A stretch of 63,772 bases of DNA, counting the filler, from Salisapilia sapeloensis CBS 127946 (taxonomy: Eukaryota; Protista; Oomycota), in assembly GCA_023334545.1 (NCBI GenBank). It is 12 parts of 12 records of this genome, joined end to end, with 100 filler letters (N's around TTAATTAATTAA, not from the genome) between each part and the next. Parts side by side here need not be neighbours in the genome. Positions count along the whole stretch, not along the records: positions 51,825 to 58,892 come from JAADVB010000533.1; positions 58,993 to 62,238 come from JAADVB010000775.1; positions 62,339 to 63,772 come from JAADVB010001151.1; 9 more parts are not named here. One strand, written 5' to 3'. A model generated the notes under the pieces. The model saw only the letters and a program-made list of their open reading frames with translations. It searched no databases and had not been told where the DNA came from. Every line of letters starts with the position of its first letter. Position 1 is the first letter of the stretch. The position numbers and the translations under genes are program-made. Shown here piece after piece: positions 53,737 through 63,772 of the stretch.

Positions 53737-56700
53737 TATTCGACTCCATGCCCGATTTGTTTCCAGAAGCAGGAATGCTACTACGGCATCAAAAATGTTT
53801 GACAAATCATGAAGTTGATCTACAGCTGGAGAAATTCCGAGGCATCCCATACCGGTCAGATTGCGTAAAGACAGATACAAAATTGTTGAGATGGGAGTAG
53901 TTCGGCGAAAGTAGGTAGGATGGATACATCCGCCACAAACATTCATTTAAAGGTATGCTTAACTGAGCGTTTACTGACTTTGGACGAGACCTATTGAGTT
54001 GACCTTCCTAGAGCTATATGATTTAATAACCTACGGACGAAAAGTTGGCAGGATGTCTCGGTCGAGTTGGGTGTGAAGGGTTTGGATCAGTAAACGCGCA
54101 CCGAAAAGTCCGACGATTGTAGTAGCTAACCAATCACGCCAGCAACCAAAAAAGTGTTTATGAAACTCCATTTGTATACGAGTGTCTGATTCACATATCT
54201 CATTGGCGTAGACTGCTTGTCAGATGCATCCGCAAATGTCGCGGCAATCCACGTAGCAGATCCCGGCTCTGACGACCGGTAAGCCGGCCTAGGGAATTGT
54301 ATGCTGGCGGAAATCCTAGGAATGATATCGACTAAAGAGCCACCAGCGACGGCTTCGTATATGCGGAAATATTAAACTTTACTGGGCTCTAGTACATAGT
54401 GTTGGTATGCTGACATCTTGCGCAAATACATTTTCTATCGAAAGTTGATCGCATAAACACTCGAAGGTGTCGGAAGTTGATTGCTGTTATCATTTCTACG
54501 TGTCTTCGATCGGAATAATGTTGAAACCTTAATTGGCATCATCAGTTTGCCGCGAGATGGAAAGAGATGTCTCATGCCATTCCCAGTCATGCGCCAAGCT
54601 GTCTTGGACGCGTTCGAGGCGACGTAGATGTTTACTGCAGCAGCGTTGGATGCACCTATAACCGCAGGAACGACTACATCGACGCAAAGTAGTTCCCTAC
54701 GCTTTATTCCCATAGCCACATCCAACGTTTTCTATTTAAATGCAAACTTCGCGCAGCATAGTAGCGGCTTGCAGCTACTTTAAAAAGGATGATGCGTAGT
54801 GCTACTGCTGGGATGAATACTCTTTACAGGATGTGAATATTGTTCGTAAACACTGCCGGTATAGACTTATGGCTAGGTCGAGATGAGATAAACTCACTCG
54901 TTCTTACTACCCTATCAAAGTTGACAACAAAGGCTGCATATAAACATTCGTCTAAAGCAACACGACCCATTTGAGCTCCCTTTCGACAGCAAAAATTGAC
55001 ACCTTCGCTTTGGAATAGACGTCGTCTTATGTCTCACTATTCCGAGAGGGGAATAGGAAAGTTATCCTCTGTATCAGCATGAAAAATTATTATCGATTTG
55101 AATTACGCAAAGTCTATTGTCCAAGGTCAAATGAATCGCGTTGAATCACGTAGGACTACGTAAGAGATAACACGCAAATCTCTTGTAGAGACCAAACTGC
55201 CTTTTATTTTGTTGTGTGAGTCGGTATCCAGTAGAGAAAAACTGAGCAGTTGGTAAAATTCGAGTATCTGAGCAAACTTCCGTCACAAAGTGAAATTGTC
55301 ACCACGACGTAAGCATGCATCAAGCTTCAACACCTGTGGGCATACGTACTTCGAACGATGTACATGGTTGATCGTGGTAAATCTAGGAGCCCGTACAAAG
55401 CACGAGACCAAAGTTGGAATATTCTTGCAAAGTCGGGCGCTTAAAGCGGTCTTTACATGAGATTACCAGTAACTCGTCTTTTTCGCATCCACTAGGGAAC
55501 AGCTTCGAGTCCAGTATCCGATCGAGGGACTTGGAACTATCCATTAAGGCAAGGTAGCTCGCTTCTATTTGACCGTGGATATGGGAAGCCCATTAGCCTT
55601 AGAATAATGCATCGACATCAGTACAGATACTGTTCCGTACACTAACACTGTGTTCATGTTTTGTATATGCTACAAGTCCATTTCACATGCTGATCTTTGG
55701 CCGGAAGGGTATTTGCCACATTAAAGCTATAGGCTTATTAAAGGACACATTAAAGTGATCATCTATCTCCTGGATTGGAGGCAGAGAAAGTTATGGTGCA
55801 CTTGTTCGCGACTGACGAGCCAGGAGGTAGCCAACATGCTTTAGTTGTTGGAGGTCAAGTAGTAGCATAAATCATGTTTGAAGCATCTCAATCTTGTTGG
55901 TTAATCATTATAGACTTGTCAACAGAAGATGACGGGCATAATGGTTCGGAAGATGCCGAGCTATCTCGAACCGCTACGCGAGTGTAAGTAGAAGGCATCA
56001 TAGTTATAACAATCGTGATAAAGGTATCTATAAACCTCTCTTGGGATCCTCACTGGAATTGCAATAAAAGCCTGCAATTGCAATTTAAAGCCGATTGTCA
56101 TTATTTAAACAATTGCGTTACCAAACGTTCCCTAACTCTACCTTGACAAGAAAGTGAATGTAAACACATCTTAGACGTGTCATTTTTTTTCTTTTTGACC
56201 TACTTATCATTCCGTAGTTCTTCCTAGCAGTCTTCCAAATCATCGACCTTGGAGCTCCTCATTTCGACTCGCTGGATGTCAGTGTACAAGGTTTCATTTC
56301 TCTCGAGCTATCCGAATCTGAAGTTGACGTCTTTTTGCCGCTCTGGTAATAGCAGCTGGTCGGTATCCACCATCCTTATCGTCTACGAAGACGCCGAGAG
56401 CGACGATAGCTTTGTCGTAGCTTTCGTAAGTACTTCGCTTACGCTTGCGAGGTTCTGATGCACTCCTCTTCATATTCTTCTCGCCAAACGTCTGGACCGT
56501 GTTCGCGCTGAATACCGATTCAGCATTATTGGCGATTCGCCTTTCGTAATTCTATTCTTGACTATCGAATCGGACAGCTCTTTGTTCGCTGAGAATTGGC
56601 GATTCAGAGTAGCTACATGGTATGAAAACCTAAAGCAACACTTCAATAGATCTTACTCCCACTATATCGAATGCATAAGTGAGTGTTCTGTACTGCCAAT

Positions 56701-58057
56701 GGAGATGCGAATGCTTATTCTTGGTCTGTCTCTGTCTTCGTCTCGGATCAAACCATGAGGAAATGATTTTCGAGAAGACTTCAAGCCACGCCTGGTGCTC
56801 GAAGTGTGCACAGTTGAAAAAGCGCGCGAAAGGTTTGGTGAGCTCTTCGCTTTACTTGCGCTATTGGGCTCTTCGCTTATATTTCGGAACAGACACAGTA
56901 CCGTGTTGGATGGAATGATTGAGCGACATTTTCAACGCGCACTGTACCCGTCCCACTGAAATGGCGAAGAGTTCAATGTCGCAAGTAAATCGAATGACAC
57001 TTCAACCTGGAGGGCTTCGAGGATATGCTCGACACTAGGTCCGCCAAGACATGACAGAGAAACGGAGGATACACCTGGGTAGGAATAGAGAGATATACAG
57101 CGACGTAAGAGCAGGACAAACCACTAAAGACTCAGGCATTGATTCCTGTTACAATTCATCCTCGTTTGTTTTCGTATTGCCTTAAATGTCTTGCACAATA
57201 CCGAACTATTTGCTCAACGAAAACGGCCATATAGATATAGATATAGAGAGATTCATGCAGAAGCCTAGGTTTCCTAACGCCCAAGAAAGCTCCTGCTAGC
57301 ACAGCCTCTTTGACTGCTAGCATCCTCTTTCTACTAGGATCTAGGCTACAAATCTATGGTATGCATAGTGCTTTAAAATGCAAACGTTTATCACTAGGAG
57401 ATGATGCACATTGATCGAGATTTAAGCTTCGTGAACGCTTTAACTCATAAGAATATATGTTGGATTATCTGGGCGATTCGCATCCACTTTCCAATCGGTC
57501 CACTTTTGAACATTTGACCGAAGCTTACAATATCATCATGACTTTATAGCTCGCAGTCCCAACACATCAAGCAGCACGCACAGCAAGTGATAGCAAACAG
57601 CAATCCAACTAGGGTACGTAAACATTTGTTGCGGAAGTACGCTTGATGGCCAGTTGCTCCCCAGAGCGTGTTTTCAACCAAACAATTTCGATCAATCATC
57701 GTAAACACGCTGAAAGGTATCTACGCTAGTCATTCAAGGAAGTCATACACATTGCCAAACAGAATTTTCATCGACTTTTGCCTGTGGATACTTGGGCGAG
57801 AGCATGCGTTATCTTTGTCACATGCGCCGATAGGTTGATTCATTATTAATGCTGCGTGCAACAAAACAAAGCAACACATAGACTAGCAATCCTCGCATGA
57901 TACAACGAAAGTATCCACACCAAGAGCTATCATCGCTAGATATCTAGTGCTTCCATCATGTACAAATTCAATAAACAAAGATTGCTTGCTCGGCAAATAA
58001 AACTATTGTTCTTTATGGTGTGTTCTATCGTCGAGTAGTCTGACTAGTGTTCCAAAG

Positions 58058-58892
58058 TTAGTACTTCGACGCATGCTCAGTCTGCTCGAGGAACGGGTAG
58101 TCCAGGTAACCCCGCTCGTCACCCAAGTATGCCGTCTTACGGTCATACTCGTTAAGAGGAGCGTTAAGCTTCAATCGCTTCACCAAGTCCGGGTTCGCGA
58201 TGAAGGCACGGCCCCATGCAACGAGGTCAGCGTCTCCGTTTTCAACCGTTTCGATAGCCTCATCACGGCCGTAGAACGACGATGTAATCAACACACCGTG
58301 GTAAACCGGACGGAAGTACTTGGTCACGCCTTCCTTCGGAGCCAATTCCGTCGTAATATGCCATCCACGCGGTTCAATCAGGTGGAGGTAGGCCAAGTCG
58401 TAGTCGTTCAAATTCTTGATGACGTACGAGTACAGCTCAGCAGGGTTGGAGTCGGTCGCACCGAAGGTCCAACCGAACGGAGACATACGAATACCCACGC
58501 GGCTGGAGCCAATCTCCTTAGTAATAGCGTCCAAAATCTCGAACACAATGCGAGCACGGTTTTCGATCGAGCCACCGTACTTGTCGGTACGGTTGTTAAC
58601 GTTATCACAGAGGAACTGCTCCAAAAGGTATCCGTTTGCGGAGTGCAATTCCACACCGTCGAAACCAGCCTTCATAGCCATCGAAGCCGCATGACGGTAG
58701 TCTTCGACAATTTGTGGGATTTCCTCCGTTTCAAGTGGACGAGGAATAGAGTACTCCTTACGGCCTTCAGGCGTGACAGCCCAGCTAGACGTGTCAGCCT
58801 GGATGTCGCTAGAGGACACAGGAGCCTGGTTGTTCGGCTGGTTGGAGCTGTGGTTCACACGGCCAGTGTGCCACAACTGGACGAAGACCTTA
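58058..58892 (-). CDS. Old Yellow Enzyme, copy 2 (5' truncated)
   Basis: Highly similar to copy 1; HSANGY intact. Confidence 0.95.
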
Positions 58893-59552
58893 NNNNNNNN
58901 NNNNNNNNNNNNNNNNNNNNNNNNNNNNNNNNNNNNTTAATTAATTAANNNNNNNNNNNNNNNNNNNNNNNNNNNNNNNNNNNNNNNNNNNNACGATGCA
59001 AGAGTCTTTGGAGCTGCTTCTTCCTTGAGCGCGGGCGCGGGCGCGCGCTGCTGTACCATACCTTTTTAGTTTGCAACCGTCGTATCATAGTGGAGCTTCA
59101 GATCGATCCGAGTCGTCTGCCGGAGTAGGTAGTAACTTGGAAGACGCTCCTGTACCAATACATAACCAAGTTGGACCTTCATTTTCACCTTGATGTTTGT
59201 TCAAAGCGCCCGAGAGAGATCCCGGCCCAAAATTTTACGTTACTCCATTCGTCCGGTCGTGCCGGACGTGTGTTACCCGAGCAAGGGTTCATCGGAGGAA
59301 GATACCTCCGAGATGGACGGTGCGAGTAGGTTGCACTTGCATGCTTTCAACGGAAACCCAAGGCAGATGAGCACTCTACGAAGGATCGATGGGTCCGAGT
59401 GACGTCACTCGCGGTAGTCCGGGGGAAACGTGACGGAGCAACTTGGCAGTCGCCTCTTGTGCATAGACGTTGGCTCATAATCCGCTTCATGCTTTATTCT
59501 TATCTTAGATATGCTACCTATCTCCTGGTCCTCTGAACCCACCCGCCCGACC

Positions 59553-60125
59553 TTATCGAGCGCTGAGATAGTCGATGAGGAAGTCGAGCGACTCGCTCAC
59601 ACTCGGCACGTCATCCATATCCAGGTCGACTTCCTTCAACTCCTTTACTGGCAGTTGTTCCGACTCCGGCACCTCTCCTTCCAAACTGCACGCGTCGCCA
59701 CTGCTGGCCTTGCTGTCACATGACGCCGGCGAGTGCACCGATCCAGAGTCCTGGGCCGCGTGGCCGATCTGCTGCACCGTTTTGTCCACGAGCTTGCACA
59801 GCTCCATCGTGTCATCATCGATGCGATGCTCCGGACGCACAAGCCGCTTTTTGCATTTGCGCAATCCTCGCATGCGTCGGCATACTTTTTCCTGGTACTT
59901 TTGCGCATGCGTCTGCACCTGACGGACGGACCGGGTGTTGACGTATGCCGCGATGGCTTTCCAGGGCCCTTTCGGATACATCTTCATCGCCTGGAGGAAA
60001 CGGGCGTGCTCCTGCTCGTCCCATATACCTCGCGTGGAGGCCTTGACGTCCTTGCGCTTGGTGGTCGAGGATGACCGACGCTTCGACACGCTTGAGGTAG
60101 AGGCCGATGGCATGGTCGCAAGCAT
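59553..60125 (-). CDS. Single-repeat Myb (SHAQKYF-class) transcription factor
   Basis: GIWDEQEHARFLQAMKMYPKGPWKAIAAYVNTRSVRQVQTHAQKYQEK; C-terminal SVSESLDFLI typical of oomycete R1-Mybs. Confidence 0.92.
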   Translation of the reverse strand: MLATMPSASTSSVSKRRSSSTTKRKDVKASTRGIWDEQEHARFLQAMKMYPKGPWKAIAAYVNTRSVRQVQTHAQKYQEKVCRRMRGLRKCKKRLVRPEHRIDDDTMELCKLVDKTVQQIGHAAQDSGSVHSPASCDSKASSGDACSLEGEVPESEQLPVKELKEVDLDMDDVPSVSESLDFLIDYLSAR

Positions 60126-62869
60126 GACCATTGGTTTGTATATCGGTTAGGATGGTAGAATCGTCAAATGAGGATTGTGCCCCAAACGCACGCTTGCCGA
60201 ATGACGCGGATCGCTCAGCACCTTATTCGATGGTTCTAATCTATGGCTGGGCTCTGCACAAGGGCAGATGATCCCTTGTCCTACTGCCTTTGATGATGTG
60301 GAACTGGTGGGAAGCAGCGGCTTGCTGCGGTTTCCTGAACGCTTGTGCCCTGCGAGCATAGACCTTCCAGGGCCTTTGTACAGGGAACCAATGGCGGAAA
60401 CTCAAGGCCGATATACGATTGTCAATGCCAAATGGAAATTATCAACCTTCGCCAACTTTCTTATCTAATTTTTCTTCCCAAGTGCGTCAGACTCGATCAG
60501 TCAAATCATGCCCGGCGTTCCGTATCCCCCACATAAGACTACATGATTCATCGTTCGGACGATCTCTCTCGTTCGAAACGCATGCAGGAAGCCTGGCGTG
60601 CGTCCGAGCACAAATCAACCTGTAGCCTGCGCTCTGGCGAGCCACTTCCTTCACTGAGTTTACATTTCGACACATGACACCTGCCTGGTATGTCTCATGC
60701 ACAAGAGAACAGCCAAGGTTCAAAAGTGACGAGCTTGACCTTTGATTCTTGGCTCAAGATAGTCGCAGCTTTTGCCTCTCTCATGGTAACCTAGATGTGC
60801 ACGTGTTGACCGGGAAGACTAGTGGACGGTGCTGCCATCGGGGAGGCGGGTGCGCCGATCTCAGCATGCAATATTTACATCGTTGGCGTCAGTTCCCATG
60901 TTTCCCTCCGAGGCACAAAAACAAGAAGCAGAACGGACGCTGCGGTCCAGAGATTTCTCTTGCAGCTCTCTCATTACGCACTGTTGTTTTCTCGAATTGC
61001 GTTCCGATGGATGATTCGAGTCAAACGTTCGCCACGCTCGTGCAGCACACGCATATGAAGAGAAGTGGACACGTCGCCTTTGCGTAATAAAGTAGTAATC
61101 ACTTGACCGAATCCCGGCAGAGTACGCTGACTTGACCAGTTGATTCCAAGCTCGAGGCACCACTCTTCATGCTGTAGAGCCTATACAAGCGAACACGAGC
61201 CTGCGCTACATATCTTCCGCCAGCCTTTCTGATGGGCGAATCAGGTGCAATCCGAAGTAGCGACATTGATGATGCGGTTCACGTCAGCCCAATGCAACCA
61301 CGCCTATCATGCATCAAGGAGATCCTTTCATCGAGTATGTGTTTTCTGCTTGGCACATCACCTGCGGTTCAAACCAGTCGCGATTTCCAAACGGGCGAAC
61401 AGACTTTTCGACTCATCCTGGCACCTGCTCTCGCCGCCTGCGTGCTCTGGCGTACCACAAGTGAAGGAAGAAAACCTCATAGAGTCGCGGACGGAGTCGC
61501 ACGCCGAAGTTTCCGCGAAATGTAAAGGAGCTCTTGGTATGCGAACGTCGCTGATTCTGGAAAATATGGTCCGTTGCTCATTTCGCTTGTCCGATGATGT
61601 CACTTTCGCGCTCACGACAGGACAGTGATTTAAATTCAAGATCCATGTGGCTCAGGTGGAAATTGGTCGAAAGTTACGTCCGGATGAGTGGCAGTCAGTC
61701 GAATGAAATGGTTGGCTTGCGGGAATGAAAGGCGTGTTCACGGATGCCTGCGTGGCGTCAAACAAAGGAGCGCGTAGTGTTGCAAATGAAATGTTGTGGA
61801 GCTCAGATACGTCCAGACATTGAAGTTCTGATAATCGTTAGAAGATACATGTTGCATAAAAGCCATACATTTGCTTGAAACTATCTCTCGGTGATAAGGT
61901 CTAGCGGCGATGCGGATGGATCGGTCTGTGAATTCGAAGCTGCTGGTGCGCGGCTTCATTCCATCAACGACAGGGATGATGCGTCGACTGCAGAGTACCT
62001 GGAGGCTGAGGTGGCTGTGGTACGTCGCAACTTGCACTACAGACTAGGACGTGTCATCGGGCTTGCTCGGTCCACATGGTAGTCAAATGTCACTTTCGAC
62101 TCGTCAAGCTGAAGGCCGAGAGTACGTCTGCTTTGGCGAGAGCATGATATTCGCGTCCTCGTCTTGTGGCGATGGCATTGCCAGTAGCCGCCTCGCAATG
62201 CGCGCAGGCCTCTAAAGTGCTATGTGCCGGCTTGCAGGNNNNNNNNNNNNNNNNNNNNNNNNNNNNNNNNNNNNNNNNNNNNTTAATTAATTAANNNNNN
62301 NNNNNNNNNNNNNNNNNNNNNNNNNNNNNNNNNNNNNNCTTGGGAAATGCCTCCATCCTTCTTAAACGATCACGGATATGCTCTTTGCTCGTGGATATCT
62401 ACGAGAGGTTTACGAAAACGTATCAGCACGCGTATCATCAGGCAATCATGAACAGTGACCTCTTGTCAGAAAGACCAATGACTCGCATTTAAGATATTGT
62501 AAATTTTCATTCAAATTTGTCAATTCTGGTCGATTAACCAATCCCCATTCTCAATCGACCCGAATTTTAACGCAACTCTATTTGTAGAAATTATTTGTAA
62601 TAGTATATTTTATTGGTTAAAAAAGATAACATCTTAGGTTGAAGTAGTTCTCAGGTAGTTGAAGATCTACGTTTAAGCAGCCAAATGGAGAGCTGTTACG
62701 AGGTAGCCCGTCTTGGGCCCCCCGTCAAACGCCTCTGCCAGCTGACTTCACGATGCCACCACTAGCGCCACTTGTAAATCACCACCATCCACCGTACACA
62801 CGGGAGGACTCTTTGGAGTCCCAAAGAGTAACTAAGAAATTACTCTTTGCAACAACAACAAGTTACAAG

Positions 62870-63650
62870 GTAGCAGGCGCATCCAAACACCGTCTATCAC
62901 TGTTTGTACGGTTAATACAGCCTCGTTCACATGCATGCAGAGATTGAATTGCTGTATAACAAATCGGAGAAAACAAGTAGCAACTGGATCCAAGTTTACA
63001 AAGCTAATAGTATCTTCGAGAGAGCAGATAGTGGTTGATCAAGGAACTTCACCACCGTTCATCGCTTGTGGCTCTACTGTTGCTACCAAGAGAGATCACT
63101 TTCTTGTTTAGACGAAGCGCAAGAAGCCTTCAAACGCAAGTTCGGAATTGCAATATCGCTGTCTTCGGTGTGGCGTATTATACATGAGCTCGGACTCACT
63201 TGGACGACTCTTGAGCGCAGAGCTATGTACGTGAAAGAGTTCAATATATTTCGCTTCATGCGAGAGCTGAGCGACATCGATTGGAGTCATATAAACGTTG
63301 TGTTTTTGGATGAGATATCATACGACAATCCAAGCATGTTGCGAAAAGGAGGGTACTCATCAAAGGGAGCTACCGTTGCCATTCATAAACATTTTTAAAG
63401 AAAATCGCGTGCCTCATTGTTTGCATTTGTTGGCGTGCAAGGACTTATTGATTACGGTGACACAACTGTCACGTTCGATCGCCTCGAGATTGTGCGCTGC
63501 TGTCAGGACTCCATGTACTCTGAACGTGTACAACAATATCTGGACCATAACTCAGTGTTGTTACTTGACGATGCGTCAATTCACCGTTATTCCAAGATTA
63601 TACACTGACTGCAAAGCGTTGGTGTTCTGTGACGGGTAGATAACCGTTAC
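62870..63650 (+). pseudogene. IS630/Tc1-like (DDE_3) transposase remnant
   Basis: HPNTVYHCLYG*, CLDEAQEAF..ISLSSVWRII, VVFLDEISYD, TFDR, LLLDDASIH; stops and frameshifts. Confidence 0.85.
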
Positions 63651-63772
63651 TTTAGGCTAGGTTGCTATCTTTTCTTTTGTTACTGTCTTTCTGGTTTGGT
63701 GCATGTTTAGATGACCTACTGCCTTGTCTGATATAAGATATACGTAGTACTTGTAGTCAGAAAGGATGTGTA

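Noticed and set aside
58073-58948. 291-aa plus-strand ORF opposite OYE copy 2 (also the long antisense ORFs over the symporter, bZIP and ERG8)
   Set aside because: Expected stop-poor reverse frames from codon bias; no motifs
60200-62238. Short ORFs upstream of the Myb gene as effectors (RXLR/CRN)
   Set aside because: No signal peptide with RXLR-EER or LxLFLAK; most likely a long regulatory intergenic region
62339-62490. Second IS630/Tc1-like N-terminal fragment on the minus strand
   Set aside because: Too short and degraded, and at a contig edge

Overview
This window is not one continuous locus. It is 12 short eukaryotic contigs joined by artificial 100-bp spacers (44 N + TTAATTAATTAA + 44 N): 1-4017, 4118-7574, 7675-11087, 11188-14798, 14899-24938, 25039-26687, 26788-48193, 48294-49918, 50019-51724, 51825-58892, 58993-62238 and 62339-63772. 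Short GT-AG introns, INR+FPR core-promoter motifs and the gene families present (folate-biopterin transporter, oomycete-type bZIP, THAQKY Myb, expansin-like, EPIC-like cystatin, LRR-TM receptor) point to an oomycete. That assignment is inferred, and the contigs could come from more than one genome. Three contigs have exactly 141-bp identical ends, which suggests a k=141 de Bruijn assembly and exposes real repeat structure. (i) A Tc1/mariner element with TIRs of at least 141 bp carries a two-gene PIF/Harbinger element inserted in its transposase. (ii) A 10-kb, six-gene block is bracketed by inverted copies of a kinase 3' end. (iii) A 1565-bp circularly permuted unit encodes a complete, intron-containing, bacterial-type myo-inositol 2-dehydrogenase with a putative mitochondrial presequence. 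Other candidates: an ascomycete-like xylitol dehydrogenase (possible HGT), a solo copia-gag-like ORF, antisense-overlapping TPGS2 and BRCT coding ends, a GPATCH1 lacking its G-patch, a soluble MSP protein with FFAT-like motifs next to VAP, an SPX-only protein with a nuclear-type tail, and an OYE pair with patchy gene conversion. I found no convincing wholly new multi-gene system. All family assignments come from motif recognition, not database searches.
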